64,000 nt of DNA from assembly GCA_039545335.1 (NCBI GenBank), contig BCIN01000004.1, positions 548,925 to 612,924 of the forward strand, given 5' to 3'. Positions 48,104-61,818 of the stretch are shown in pieces. The DNA comes from Kondoa subrosea. Its lineage: Eukaryota. The notes beneath the pieces are model-generated. The model did not search any database. It had not been told where the DNA came from and saw only the letters and a program-made list of their open reading frames with translations. Numbering within the stretch: the first letter of the stretch is position 1; every line of letters starts with the position of its first letter. The translations under genes and the position numbers were made by a program.

Positions 48104-50933
48104 ATGGCTGCCTCAGGCCGCAACTCATCAAGTTCTAGCTCATCAACATCGCCAAATGTCAGGTAGGCTTGTCCGAAGCTCTGCTCTGGAAATTGCTGAC
48201 ATGGTCGATCACAACGTGTAGCCGACCTGTTTCTATCGTTTCAAACAGCTCTTCTTCTTCCTCTGGTCATTCGGCCTCCTTGACTTCGCCCGTCGAAATG
48301 TCAATCGAAGGCTTTCCTTTCTTCTCAACCAATCCATCAACAAGAATGCAACCGGTCAAAGTGGAATCTAGGCCCAGACATGATCTGATGCGATCAAGAA
48401 GGATAAGCATGCCAGCCGTACCGACTACTTCTTTCCTTTCGCATAGCGTGCCTACAGCTCGAAGTATCTCCAACGGTCCACATCCAGCAAGCAAGCGAAT
48501 GAGTACAGCAAGTATACAGAGCTTCGATAGCTTACCTGAAGAAACGGCTGAATCTATAGAAGCTCTAGCTATGCTCACTTCACCTTTATCTGCTTCAACT
48601 TCCTCTTTAGCTTTGTCAGACGCTCAAGCTTCTTCAAGTCGGAAACCTCTCCTCAGAAGACCATCACCTTCGTATTCGATAGCGGAAAGACCAGCTTCCG
48701 TATCTCAATTACCAAGCAGTCCATTAGCTGAATCTTCTATGGCAATTCATCGCCTTTCGCTATCTGCAGCAAATCAACCAGAACCTTCTAGATTAGGATC
48801 ACCCAAACGACCAAGTACGAGAAGCAATCATTCGCAAATGAAATTGAGAGCACATCAACCTCGAAAAGGTCTCAGAAGATCAGTCACAGAACCGCCTCCA
48901 TTTTCTCCCGAAGAAGTAGAACAAAGACAGCTGAATGCAGAGAAGCGAAGAAAAATTACAACAGAACTCGTTGATACGGAGAAGAGCTATGTGGACGTTT
49001 TGGACGAGATCGAAAAGGTGAGTCAACATTGGTCGTAAAGAGATAATACTAAATGTGACGCGCAGTATTACCTGAATCCTCTTCTGGCTCATGCCGCTTC
49101 ATCGTATCCAATCATCGATCGCAAAGGCATAACGGAAATCTTCTCCAATTTCACCGATATCGTCGTTCTGGCTCGCGAAATACTACGTCGTCTACAGTTC
49201 GGCAGCGGTACGCCTCGAATACCAGAAGAATCTCCAACTTTCTCTCGATCCGAATCAACTAAATCAGATGGTTTTCCCGGTCTTAACGCTGCAGCTGGAA
49301 TTCGACAGTCAACTCTGTCAGCATCTACATCTTTCGTCTCCGCTGCGGTATCTTCAGCCAGTCCCGGATCTCTCTTACTACCTCTATGTCCATTCCTCAA
49401 ATGTTATTCCCTTTTTGTCCAAAACTTCTCTCGAGCATTAGCGAGAATAGATACCGAAGATCGAAGTAATCCAGCCTGGAAGCGTTTTGCAAACGAAAGA
49501 AGAAGAGCGGGTCACGACCGAGGATTGGGTTTAAGCGGAATGCTGCTGGCTGTTGTGCAAAGAATACCGAGGTATCGATTGCTTTTGCAAGATCTGGTCA
49601 AGAGAACCGAAAGAGATCATCCTGATTATGCGGATTTGGTTAAAGCGGCTCAAAGTGTTGAACAAGGTTAGTCGAAATTTTCAAAGGGAAAAAAGCAGAT
49701 GCTGAAATATAAACAGTCGCGATTCAGCTGGAAAGCTCGATACAGGAACACGATGCTACGCAGAGATTACTAGAATTGCAAAAGTCCTTCACTGGTCTGG
49801 ACTTTCCTCTTGTCTTTCCTGGTCGCAAGCTATTACACGATGGACCGCTAACGAAAGTTTGTCGTAAGAATGAACAGCTTCGGCACTTCTTCCTCTTTTC
49901 CGATATGATTCTATACGCTTCTATAGTGGAGCAAACGAGTGGTTGGAGCAGAGCGGTCAGCATGACTGGGCTATCAGCTTTCTCCAGTTCAACGAGTATC
50001 ATGAATCTTGCTGGGCTGGCTTCCTCTACTTCTTCTACACCATCGAGTCCTCAATATCACTATCACCGGCATCTAGCCTTGAATGATACGACAGTCGTTG
50101 GGACAGAAGGCAATTACTTCGAAATTAGAAGTACAGAGAAGAGCTTTGCAGTCAGTGCTAAATCGCTGCAAGAGAAGGAGCACTGGTTACGTGCGATCCG
50201 ATCATCGAAAGAGGAATTGCTTAAAGCTCGGACAACATTACAAACCGGTACTTTCAAGAAATGGGCGGCTAACTCGCCAATGACTTCGCAACGCAACAGT
50301 GTATACAGCGATTTCGAATCTGTAGCTTCACCATCTACACCTTCTTTTGCTATCTTTCCGTCTTCGCCTGATCCTCGATTGCAGCCTTCTTTCGTGGATC
50401 AAAGTGAAAGACCGGCTCTATCAGCCAGGAATAGAAGATGGTCTGCTGCTCCATCGTCCTATCAACAACCTGTAGCAATAGCAGATAATTACAATGCACC
50501 TGTTTGGGTGCCAGATCATCGTGTCGATAAATGCAACAGCTGTCAAGGTGCATTCGGCGTCTTCAAAAGAAAGCATCATTGTAGAATGTGCGGCAATGTC
50601 TTTTGCTGGAATTGTACTGCGAATGTGAGGCAATGCTTTATTATGGCATTGGGATCCTCAAGCTTATAATCTTCCCCTTAGACTATTGTTATACCACTCA
50701 TAAACAAAGAAGATGATCGAGGTCGTGCATGTAATTCTTGCTTCCAACAACTTCAACCTAATACAACCCCACCAGAAGATCAGCAGGACTGTCATTCTGG
50801 TGGATCAGATTCCGGTTTCGAAAGCAGTACCAATACACCCGATGTCGCTCAAGATACCTTTCAACTCAATTCACCTCCTTCACCCATTCGTTTAGCATTG
50901 CAGGCAGATCTTAGGGAGAAGCTTCGTTTGTAA
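48104..50933 (+). CDS. RhoGEF (DH)-PH-FYVE protein (FGD/frabin-like architecture)
   Basis: ELVDTEKSYV, LLAVVQRIPRYRLLL, PH RKLLHDGPLTKV...FFLFSDMILY, and FYVE WVPD..CNSC...RKHHCRMCGNVFC...RACNSC. Confidence 0.9.
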
Positions 50934-51000
50934 TAGTGTGATGTCAAAGTATGTACATGAGTGGTATGTCATAACCCACTCCTTTGTTTCTCAGAAGACC

Positions 51001-51105
51001 TCTTCTCTTTCTTCTGTTTTCTCTCTCTCTCTCTCTTTCCTTCTCTCCTTCTCTCTCACTCTCTCCTTCTCTCCTTCTCTCCTTCTCTTTTACTCTGTCC
51101 CTCTC
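51001..51105 (+). repeat. CT-rich polypyrimidine / degenerate (CT)n tract, probably core promoter or 5'UTR of the next gene
   Basis: About 100 nt of almost pure C/T, including ctctctctctctct, just upstream of ATG 51139. Confidence 0.75.
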
Positions 51106-51138
51106 GCATCTCGATTCGAAGGTTTCCTCGCAAAGCCC

Positions 51139-52210
51139 ATGGCGGAAAGCTCCAAATTGCTTCACGCTCAAGCATCGGCAAATTTACAATGCCTCGGCGA
51201 AAATCTTGCTCATCAGAATCTATCTCTCAAAGTTTATCGTCGACCCCTAGGCTTGCTAGCTGGGTCAGCGCAGCTCAGAGCTGAAACTTTTCTTCCTGAA
51301 TTTCAAGACAAAGCAGCGTCGAAGAATTGCTTGCTCCAGCATCACTCGGCTGCAGAGTGGTCCTGGTCGGCACCTAGCGCGATTCCAGCTGTAAGGTCTC
51401 TTTCATACAGCCCCTATAACCCATCTGAAGCTAGCCTTTGACAGATTACACGATGGGATCCCTTTGATCAATCTCTTGCCTCCGTTATGGGCGATTACTG
51501 GATCCTGGTAGCCCGAGAGACTAGCTCTGGGCTAGTACTTCTTGGATACTCTCATTATCGCCTGCTGTCTACCTTGCCGCACCCATTTCAGCTTACGATC
51601 AATGCGGTATGGGTAGACTACAGTTGGCGAGGTGCAAGATGGATCAGCGATCTCAAGCCTACAATACCAGCTCGGCTTGTTACCCTTTTCGCATGTCTCG
51701 TCGACTGGATGCATTTGACTGCTTTGTTACACTCGTCTGATGGAACAGCCTTTGCCATGCTAGAGGCTGATGAAGAAGACGACTACAAGTATATAGTTTG
51801 GGGGTATATGCCCAATGCCACGGCAAAAGAAATGCATACAGTCAAATTGCAGGTTGTTAACCTTCGATGTCTTCGGAACGGCAATTTGATCCCAAGAGGT
51901 TCATGTAAGGGGCCACTTTGAATTCAGGCCGACCGCTGACGTAATTTTCATGGCAGGCGCTCACGGCGAAGCTCCGCAGCAATGCACCCAACCGACCTGC
52001 CTACCTCACCGAAACGTCATGAATGAGTTGCAACGCAGCGTTCTCACTCCAAATCATTCCCAAGTAACGCCAACAGGCCCAGCCTCTTTGCCGCGATACT
52101 CTTCCGCCGGTAAACCGAGCTATCTTTCCCATCTGGTAGCATCAGAAGCCGGTCGTCTAAAAATGGGCCTTCATAAAGAACCTGTAGCCATGCTGGGCCA
52201 CAGGGATTGA
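51139..52210 (+). CDS. Uncharacterised protein with possible divergent GNAT-like domain
   Basis: Three exons splice in frame. WILVARETSSGLVLLGYSHYR...LTINAVWVDYSWRG resembles the GNAT beta-strands and motif A. 3' end uncertain. Confidence 0.45.
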
Positions 52211-53203
52211 ATATTTGTCAGCATAGCGTTGTTTGATATCTTGATATAGCTCGCCATCTGCATGTATTCTTTCAGATCTTGCTCCCGTCTAAATGGTCAT
52301 TTTCAAGCGCAGAATTCATCAAGGACTCCCTATACATAGCTAGAACATAGTCTGTGACCAAGCGTGCTTCTTCAAAGCCTTGATGAATTTCGCTGACACT
52401 GTGAAGATGAAGTATTTGGAAGCAGCCGAGGAAAGAAAGAGAGTAGCAAAAGAAGACGCGGTAGTCGATAGACCTCTCAAGCACATTGTAAGCTATCGTA
52501 TCCCGGACGAGGAGGATAAAACATTTGAAGGTACGATAGACGAGCATTTTGGACCAATCATGAAATGCTCGTCTATCGTAATCAACCCTGTCCTGTTCCA
52601 CGGGACTACTCCAGCTTTCCTGATGATGAGATTCCCATTTAGCGAGCTGTATTGAATGATTCACAAGATGAAACTGACGACATTCGAAATATATCATATA
52701 ATCATCTGGACAGTGTTCGCTACTGTGAGATCGTCTTCGGATTCATGAGCCCGGTTATTCGCGGCTCAAGCAACAGAGCAGAACAATATCTTGAGGATGG
52801 TCAAGCCTTCAAGTATTGTCGATACCTTGCGAGGTTTGCCAGTTTCTACTGCAATCTGAGGGAAAAGCAGGATCGTGATGAGACCAGTCTGATGCGTTCC
52901 ACCACATGAACAAGACTGCCAAGCCAGATGGACGAGATAGAAGAAACAGCATGTACTAGAATCCAGGGAGACTCCTTCTACAGAACAGACAAAATCTGTT
53001 TGCCAGGGTCACAGAACAACAGAGGTCTCGCGGACAATGCGAAACATAGAGAAAAAGTAAAGACGCGAGCTAGCCGAAGTTCGCAGTTTGATCAGACAAG
53101 TGGCCTCACAAGTGGGTGCATTGGAACAAGCCTGGACCAAATTTCGATTCTTCACCCAATACCTCGAGTCGGGAGTATACCGCCTCTAGATAGACGCTGC
53201 AAG

Positions 53204-56061
53204 ATGCACTGTCTCCCTTTGCAATTGGTTTGCCTGACCTTGGCTTTACTGCAAAGTTGTTCGGCGCGAAGTCAGCCAGCGAAACGATTCTACGATTCGC
53301 ATGAATACTACGTCTTGGAGCTGGCCTCGCATGATCTAGAACTTGCACAAAGAACGGCACGTGGTCTACAAGCGGAATTAGTAGAACAAGTCGGGGAACT
53401 GGATTCGCATTTCTTGCTTCGCGCTCCCAAAGATCTGCAAAGACAAAAGAAGAGGGATCTAGTTTTGGATCGTTATGAGTCAATAAAAAGGAAACGATCT
53501 GCTAGTCCTATAATATCGCTGGAAAAGCAAGTGTTGAAGAAACGGGTCAAGCGAGTCTACCCTCATCCTCCTTCGGCCCAAGATGTGGGCTTTACGAAGC
53601 ATAGGAGACAGCCTCCAGCATTCGTATCGGAATACTTGCAAGATATCGTCAAGCGGTTCTCTATCTTTGATCCAACGTTCCCAAAACAATGGCATTTGGC
53701 AAACGACAGAGATCATCAGCGATCCATCAACGCGACCGGTGTTTGGGCAGAAGGAATCACTGGAGATGGAGTGAGGGTTGCTATTGTTGATGATGGCTTA
53801 GATAGTCAGTGATCAATCTATACTATGTCGACCGAATACTGATCTAGATGTGCAGTGCATAGCGATGATCTAGCAGACAACTTTGTAGGTCTCCCTCTGA
53901 GTCTGATCGATTGCCTTTAATGTATAGAGCAGTACCCTGAAGGCTCATGGGATTACAACGATCATACCCCATTACCAGAACCGCGTCTTTCGGATGATCA
54001 GCACGGAACAAGATGCGCAGGCGAAGTTGCAGCAGTCAAGAACGATGTCTGTGGTGTCGGGGTAGCCTATACATCGAAAGTTGCTGGCATTCGAATCCTC
54101 AGCGCAAGTATATCCGATGCGGATGAAGCGTCTGCTCTGAATTATGGATATCAGGATAATGATATTTACTCCTGCTCGTATGTCAGAAATGCCGTTAACC
54201 ATACAACTGGCTCAGCCCGTCTCACCAGATGGGGACCACCAGATGATGGCAAAAGCACCGAAGGCCCAAGTCGATTGATCACCAAAGCAATGATTAACGG
54301 TATTACAAATGGTCGAGGAGGCAAAGGTTCTATCTTCGTCTTTGCAAGCGGAAACGGTGGAGCCGTAGACGATCAATGCAATTTCGACGGCTACACCAAT
54401 TCTCAATATTCAATCACTGTTGGCGCCATCGATCGAGAAGGTCTTCATCCTTTCTACTCTGAAGCTTGTTCAGCAGTCATGATTGTTACCTATTCTTCTG
54501 GAAGTGGTGACAATATTCATACTACCGATGTAGGCAAAAGAGCTTGCACATCAAGACATGGAGGAACATCAGCTGCAGCACCAATAGCAGCGGGCATTTT
54601 CGCTTTAGTCTTACAAGTCCGACCTGAACTTACTTGGCGGGATCTGCAACATTTATGCGTCCACACTGCAGTCAAAGTCAATGATGGAGATCCAGATTGG
54701 ACCACCACTCATGCTGGTAGACCATTCAATCATAAATATGGCTATGGAAAACTCGATACTTGGGCTATTGTGCAAGCTGCTAAAACTTGGGATTTGGTCA
54801 AACCTCAAGCTTGGTGGCAAAGTAATGTTACTGCTGCTGCTTCTCATCATGGAGCGATGGGTGGATCGATTCCTCTGACTGCAGACGGAGTCAGCAGTAC
54901 TATTGTTGTTAGTGGTCAAGAATTGGCTGCTGCGAATTTGGAAAAGTTGGAACATGTTACTGTTACTGTTGATATTCCGCACCAAAGAAGAGGCAATATT
55001 GAAGTGGAGCTGAGAAGCCCGAATGGAATCGTCAGCTCTCTAGCCAGAACCAGGCGATTCGACGAAGCCAAAGAAGGTCTGAATAACTGGCAATTTATGA
55101 GTGTCAAACACTGGTAAATTCCTCTTCGCTTGTTCACGAACATTTGCTAATATCAATTACTAGGGACGAGAATCCAATTGGAAGGTGGACGCTCAAAGTC
55201 ACTGATCGGCAAGCCAACGGGAAAAATGGAACTTTCAACAACTGGAAACTTTCGCTATGGGGGTCAGCAGTCAGCGCAGACAAGGCAACAGCTTACAAGC
55301 TACCTCATGACGAACAAATTCTTCTTCCACCTTCACCGACGATCTCTGCGGAAGAACCAGAAGAGACAGGCAATGGAGACCAGGAAGATGCCGGAAACCC
55401 TGCAAGCGAAGAGATCATCGTTTCTACCACCGTCGAAGATGTGGCGACAACAACTGCTGTTACACCAATTCTTCCAGCTACTTCAAAGACCAAGCAATTT
55501 GCCAAACCTACAGATCACTTGCCTGATGATCACGGAGAAGCGACTGGCGAAAGTCACATAGCTATGGATCCTACAATACCGACTGCAACAACATCTTCCG
55601 TAGCTGAAGAACAAGAGGATATCGAAGGACCTACTTTCCTTGGTTCAGTCTCTTCCCTTGCGACGAACCAAACTTGGATGTACATCGCTGGCGGAACAGC
55701 CTTGATGTTTGCAGGAAGTCTGACAGCTTTCTTCATGCTGCGTCGCTTGCGGAGAACGAAAGGCGAACGCCCGGGTTACGACTTCGCACCAGTTCCAGGT
55801 GAAGAGGGAGGAAGTTTGCCTATGAGTGCTCTGGAAAGCGGCAGAAGCATGACTGGAAGGACGAGCGGAGGTGGAAAGACTCGCGATCTGTATGATGCTT
55901 TTGGTGTAGCAAGCGATTCGGAGGATGAAATGGATGACGAGAGAGGAATGACAAGATTCAAGAATGAAGGGAATCAATTCAAGCTTCAAGACTCCGATGA
56001 TGATGAGCCGCCGAGTCGGACTGGATCAGCTGCCGCGTATAGAGATGAAGAGGGTAAATAG
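53204..56061 (+). CDS. KEX2: Kexin (Kex2) subtilisin-like proprotein convertase
   Basis: Signal peptide, propeptide KKRVKR, VAIVDDGLD, HGTRCAGE, SWGP, ASGNGG, HGGTSAAAP, P-domain LEHVTV, TM segment and acidic tail. Confidence 0.96.
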
Positions 56062-56196
56062 ATGATTTAGGTGTATATGTAATAAAGTTTTGCATCGTTA
56101 TTTGCATTTCGCACGGTGTTTGAAGGAAAGATACAATTCACAGAGATACTCAACGGAACGACATAAGCAATAACAATACAAGGACCCAATATATAT

Positions 56197-59023
56197 CTAC
56201 TCTTGCCCAAGGAAGATGAGACTGTCATTTTGCAGATTGACCTGCCAAATATCGAGATCTTCATATTCGCGAAGACATGTCTGCAGCGCATTCTGTCAGC
56301 ATGATCGACAGAGTTATAAACCAGAGGCGACGAACCTGCAGCTGCTGCTCTGTGAAGCCCTTTGCGATCACTCGTTCCCTAATCTCTCGCAAACTCTGCT
56401 CAGAAGCGAAGCCTTCATCCACATCATCCATCTCTTCGTCGTCTCCCTTTGCTGGTCCACGACCTAATCTTCCTCCTCTCGATGTACCAGAAATAGCCAT
56501 AGAGCGAATGAGCTTGTAAATCTTGGAGGTTTCCGTTTGATCCGCATCTTTGGTTTTATCATCGTCGTCGTACAGAGAAGCTTTGCTGACTTCCATCAAC
56601 CGCAGCGCTTCGTCCACATCCGCAATCTCCACCGAATCCGAGAACCTCAATCGAGCCAAAGCTTGAGCTAAGCGCAAAACACCCAAAAGCGTTCGAGCTG
56701 AAGTATAAGTGAAGAATTGATTGCGCTCTTCTTCGTCCTTTTGCTGTTTCCGAAGTTGAACGTAAGCGGAAACAATGTAGTCTGAAACTGCTTTAGGTAC
56801 GACTGGTCGTTTCTGTCGTGCTAGAGCAATGTAATGTCGGAGAAGGATAGGATCAACAGGTTCGAAAGAGAGTTCAGGATGTTGGTTGAACATATGGACG
56901 TGAGTGACATGTTGCGCTAAACGTTCGTCATCATCTCGGCTTGGTGTGTCAAGAATGAGGAAAAGAATATCGAAACGAGAAAGAAGAGCTGCTGGAAGAT
57001 TGATGTTATCGACTGGGGAGATTTTCGGATTGTATCGACCATAGAGGGGATTAGCCGCTGCTAAGATCGAAGTTCTTGCGTTGAGAGTGGTGGTAATGCC
57101 TGCTTTGGCGATAGAAATGGTTTGCTGTTCCATGACTTCATGGATTGCCGTTCGATCGGACTCGTCCATCTTGTCAAATTCATCAATGCAAGCGATACCA
57201 TTGTCTGCCAGAACCAAAGCTCCGCCCTCTGTGCACAGAACATTGGCTAAGTTCAGAACAGCACTAAGCCAGCAATTCTACGCACCAAGAACCATTTCAT
57301 CCGTTACCGGATCACGCATGACTGCGGCAGTCAGACCAACTCCCGAAGAACCTTTACCAGTAGTATAAACACCTCTTGGCGCAACTTTTGAAATATACTT
57401 TAGAAGTTGAGATTTAGCCACACCTGGATCTCCCATCAAGCAAACATTGAGATCACCACGAATCTTCATTCCATCGCCCATATTCTTTGTTACACCACCA
57501 ACAAGTAAAAGAAGCAAAGCTTTTTTGACATCTTCATGACCATAAATTTCAGGAGCGATACTTCCTGCTAATTTCTTGTAAAGGTATGGATCGCGTTTGA
57601 GTTCAATGAGATCAGCTTCTATTTTAGGTGTCATTTCCATTGCTTCGTATTGTTTCTTGAGTTGATGAACATGATGAGCTTCCAGGTAGGTATCGGAAAT
57701 CAAGCCAGCTTTGACACCTCGGAAACCTTGGAAAGGAGTTGGGATAAAGATACCAGATACATTGACTACATCTCCTGGTGACATGGATCGAGTTGTGTTG
57801 CCGAAAAGATGAACAGTCATTGAGCGAGGAATATGACCAACTGGAACTTGATCAGCCTGTCAGAGTGAACCTTCCTTAGTCATCTTAAATGACATGAAGC
57901 AGGAACCCTAGACTGACCATTTCTTGTATTTTCACTTCTTGGAAAGGACTAAACTTGCAAGCTCTCGTTTGCATATGTAAATTCCCTCTTGCGTTATTAG
58001 TCTTACAATCCACACTCGGGCATTCAGTCAAAGGAGTGATTGTCTTGTCTTCTACATCTTGGAAAATTTCACCACCACAAGTATCGCACGAGAAAGCGTT
58101 GACGAGTAAAAGTGGTTTGACTTCAGAAACTCGGGTTACTATACCGCGAACGCTGATGAGTTTTCCACAATGCGATCCTCGGACTTGTCGAACTGCCAAG
58201 ACTTGATCATCCCTTGAGTTTTCATCTGGTCGAAGGCAGCGGAAGTATAGGTTGCTTGATCAATCTAGTTAGTATTGTGTAACTAGGTGTTCAAGGAAAC
58301 TCACTATCGACGTGTAAGATTCGGAGGGAAAGTCATCAAGCCTTCTTCTTCGTTCTGAGCGTTCTTCTCTCTCCTTTGGTGCATAATCACATCAAGCACA
58401 TCATCTTTTGAAGTCAAATCTTTTGTCGGAGCAGGCATTTTCGCGTCAATCACGCTCGAAAAGAGATCAACATAACGTTTTGCGTTGTTCTTAATGTTGG
58501 CTACTAGATCAGAAGCTGTGTCTTGATACTATTTCGCGTTCTTCAGGTTTGATCATGCGTACGCGCGAAGTCTTAAGACATACGGCTTTCACATCTTCCA
58601 GATCTATGACTAGTCGCTCTTGATCTCTGTTTGCTATCCGTTGCTATTGATCCCTCAATCAGCAGTATATTCAAGGAACGGTCGACCGCTTTAAACTGAC
58701 CAGTTGATCTTTGTACTTGAATTTCTCTCCCTGTAATTGATCTAAATCCATAGCATCCAAATCTAACAAATCATCGTCTTCATCGAAATCAATCTGAGCG
58801 CCTCGACGATTCCGTTCGACTGCTTTGAATTTGTCAAGAAACTAAAGCAAAAGCTCTCGTCAGTCCCTTGTGAATGCCAGTACGATACCAGCAATACTTA
58901 CATCGCCTATTTTCTCGCGCTCCTCGCTGTAGAAGGAACAAGCATAAGCCAAAGAAAGTGACACGCTATAAAGACGGTTATTTACTCGTAATTGATATTA
59001 AGCTGAGCAACAGGTAAGGCCAT
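56197..59023 (-). CDS. MCM7: DNA replication licensing factor Mcm7
   Basis: [64 protein letters not shown] and LLSRFD. Confidence 0.96.
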
Positions 59024-59074
59024 TAGTGAATGAAAGCTTGTGTGTCAAAGGAGTGTGTAGAAGAAAGATAAGAA

Positions 59075-59483
59075 ACGCGTCAAAAGGGAGATTGAGAAGT
59101 GGTAGGTAAAGAAAAACAGTTGAAAGCTGCACAGTTGCAGGTTGGACAGTGAACGCCATTAGCTTGCAAACTTCAGAGAGCTCCTCCCTCTGTCACGAGT
59201 ACTGCAGCATGTAGACTGACTCAATGGAGATGACTCTGTGTCCTTTGCTGAAACGATAGACTGTGCAACTTCCTGCTCAATCTCATTTTATCTAACTTCT
59301 ATCCTCGCTTGATCTTCTTCTTCTATTCTCTCTACTATGTGTCCCTATGCTTTGTCGTCGCACTTTGACGCGTCAACTTTCTAGTTTTGCTATCATTTGC
59401 ATAATCGCGTTCAATGGGAAATACTATCAGTCTATACAAAAAGCACGGTTTCTCGTACTCTCGTTCTATGTCATGCGCGTCAA
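59075..59483. promoter_or_regulatory. MCB-like (ACGCGT/CGCGTCAA) elements upstream of MCM7
   Basis: ACGCGT at 59075-59080 and 59368-59373, plus GCGCGTCAA at 59475-59483. Confidence 0.55.
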
Positions 59484-59711
59484 TGCGATATTAATTAAAG
59501 CGACTCTTCTAATTTCTATTCTTTTCCCGCACTGATTGCTGAAAGTGACAGGGAAGAAAGGAGGAAAGGATGTAAGTTGAAAGCAAGCAAAGGAATATAC
59601 ATAGATGACAGGACAGTTGATGGAAGGAAGATCAAGCATTATTGTATTTGTTCTCTAGCGAGTTTATGATATTACAAGGATATTATATTCCAAAATCCCA
59701 AGAAAAACCAT

Positions 59712-60941
59712 TTAATCAGAAGAAGCAGACATCACTTCCAAGACAGCTGGTCCAGCGACGGTTGAATCATCGGTAACGGTAGAGTTTGAGGTAGTGAGAA
59801 CAATATAAGTTTGTCCTTCAATGCCAGTAGGGATCATAACTTGCATAGTTTCGGTATTGTATTCGCCGAAAGAGCTGGTAGGAAACCCAATGAATGCAGC
59901 GTAGAGTTGACCTTTGCCTTGAATGGATGAAGAGTTGGTTGGAGTGAGAGTGACCATTCCTCCAGCTTTAGGTGAAGAAGATTTGGCTGCAAGACCAGGG
60001 AAAGCCTTTACTGGAAGAGCTGGGTTGGTTGAAGGGCAGCTCTTGATCTGAAGCAGGAAAGCGGCAGTCAGTGTGAGGTGAGCGGGAAAAGGAAAAGAAG
60101 ACTAACGAATGGAGCAGCCAAAGAGTAAACTTGGTTGAAATCAAGAGGAATATCGTAAGGTGCTGGGAAAGGAGATTCGCCAACAGTGTCGCGAATGTAG
60201 GCAGAGTGACGAGATTCAACCTGTTAAAAGTCATGGGCTTATATTCCTCAGCAAAGGGAAGGTGCGCCTACAGTGAGGATAGAACCAGCTGCGGTAAGGT
60301 AATCCTTGTTGGTGATGCTGGCAGCGGCTCCGAGGTAGGCTAATAGTAATAGTCAGTCAACATGTTAAGTGTTATTATCAAGCCTTTACTGACCTGAAAC
60401 GCCGACACCTTCGAGAATGGATGCAGTTGCAAGGAAGCTCTTGACATCAGTGTAGCCGAAGTCGTAGGTGCATTCGGCAGTGGCGTTCTGGCCAGCCGCG
60501 GTCAAAGCAGTTGACACTGTAAAGAAAGATGAGCAACTTGCAATGGCTTGAGATGAGGGACTAACGGAAAGCGACGTGAGACTTCTCATGACCTGAGATT
60601 TCACTGATTCTTGATCGGACAGAAGAGTCGTAGCCAGCGTTGGTGAAAGCCTTTTGGTCGTACTTGGATAGACCTTGACGGTAGAAAGTGTCCTCCAGAT
60701 GCTCAAGAGTCAACTACGAAACCACGGATATGAGCGAGAGCAAGACAGTGGTAAGGAAAGAAGCATACAGCGTATTGAAGAACTGGAACAACACAATGTC
60801 AGAGATGATGAATTGCAAGCAGAGGCAATACGCACTGGTCACATCGATGTCAGTCATGTTGGCATCTTGACGCTTCATGAATGGAGCAGCATTGACAGCA
60901 CCAAGGGCTGCGAGAGATAGGGCGACGAATCCAGCTTTCAT
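59712..60941 (-). CDS. Secreted Rds1-like ferritin-like-domain stress protein
   Basis: Signal peptide plus KR site, ILQYA|LTLEHLEDTFY, HEKSHV, ILEGVGVS|AYLGAA, ILT|VESRHSAYIR and VAGPAVLEV. Confidence 0.9.
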
Positions 60942-61818
60942 GTTGATTTGTGTTGTTGAGTATAAGAGGGAGAAGAAGTTGACTTTGGGAAAGAAAGAAG
61001 GTAGCGCGAAAATCCAGGTGTGTATACACAGCAGTGGCGAATTATCAGTCGACAAATAAGTGGGACGAGAATGTCATTATCGAAAATGACCTAATGCGGT
61101 ATGCCAGAAGGTCAAGGAACCAAAAGGAAAAATCTTTGGCGAGCCTAGGCCTTATATAATGCGGCAGCTCGTCCGGGAAAAAGGAGAGCAGGCCAAAGGG
61201 ACTCCAAAGAATCACAAGGTAAGGCAAGACAAAAGAGGTTTGATGAGGCAACCCATATTGGGTCAGCACGACGGCACGAGTGCTACAGAAGCGCCATGGT
61301 AGTCGTTCGACCATTGTAACACGGGAGCAAGGTCCGCAATGCTGCCATCCCTCCAGGCTGACCTGGAAGTGACACCAGAATCACACTGCAAATGCAGCAA
61401 GGAGGAAGAGATTTAGGATTTCGCATCGCATGTGACTGTTGCTGCAGCAAGATGTGACTTTATGAAGGGACCGATCCCTCGCACTGACATGGTTGCATGG
61501 ATCTCAAATTCAAGTTATTACGGTACCTTCAAACTTCTGTTGCGTCAGCCATGCACGAGGATGGCGCACTATAGTATGCAAGCTGTCTTGAGTGTCTACT
61601 GCCCCTCTGTATGCTAGTATAGTCTCCTGTTTGGCGCGCTCCCATCTCTTCATCTGTCAGACTCTCCACGTTCTATTCCTTCTTTTCTTCGTTGTTACCC
61701 GGTTGCCTTACCCTGCCCCGCTTCTCCGAACCCCCCGAGCGTTACTAAGCGCTGTCTCCTGCCCTTCCTCAATCTTGATCTTTGGTTTGCCTTCTCTCAA
61801 ACCATTTGAACTACAAAT

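Noticed and set aside
50938..51284. Several Ser/Leu- or Arg/Glu-rich ORFs
   Set aside because: Artefacts of the stop-free CT tract.
52928..53203. 92-codon in-frame N-terminal extension of KEX2
   Set aside because: The signal peptide begins at ATG 53204 (MHCLPLQLVCLTLALL), so the extension would bury it.
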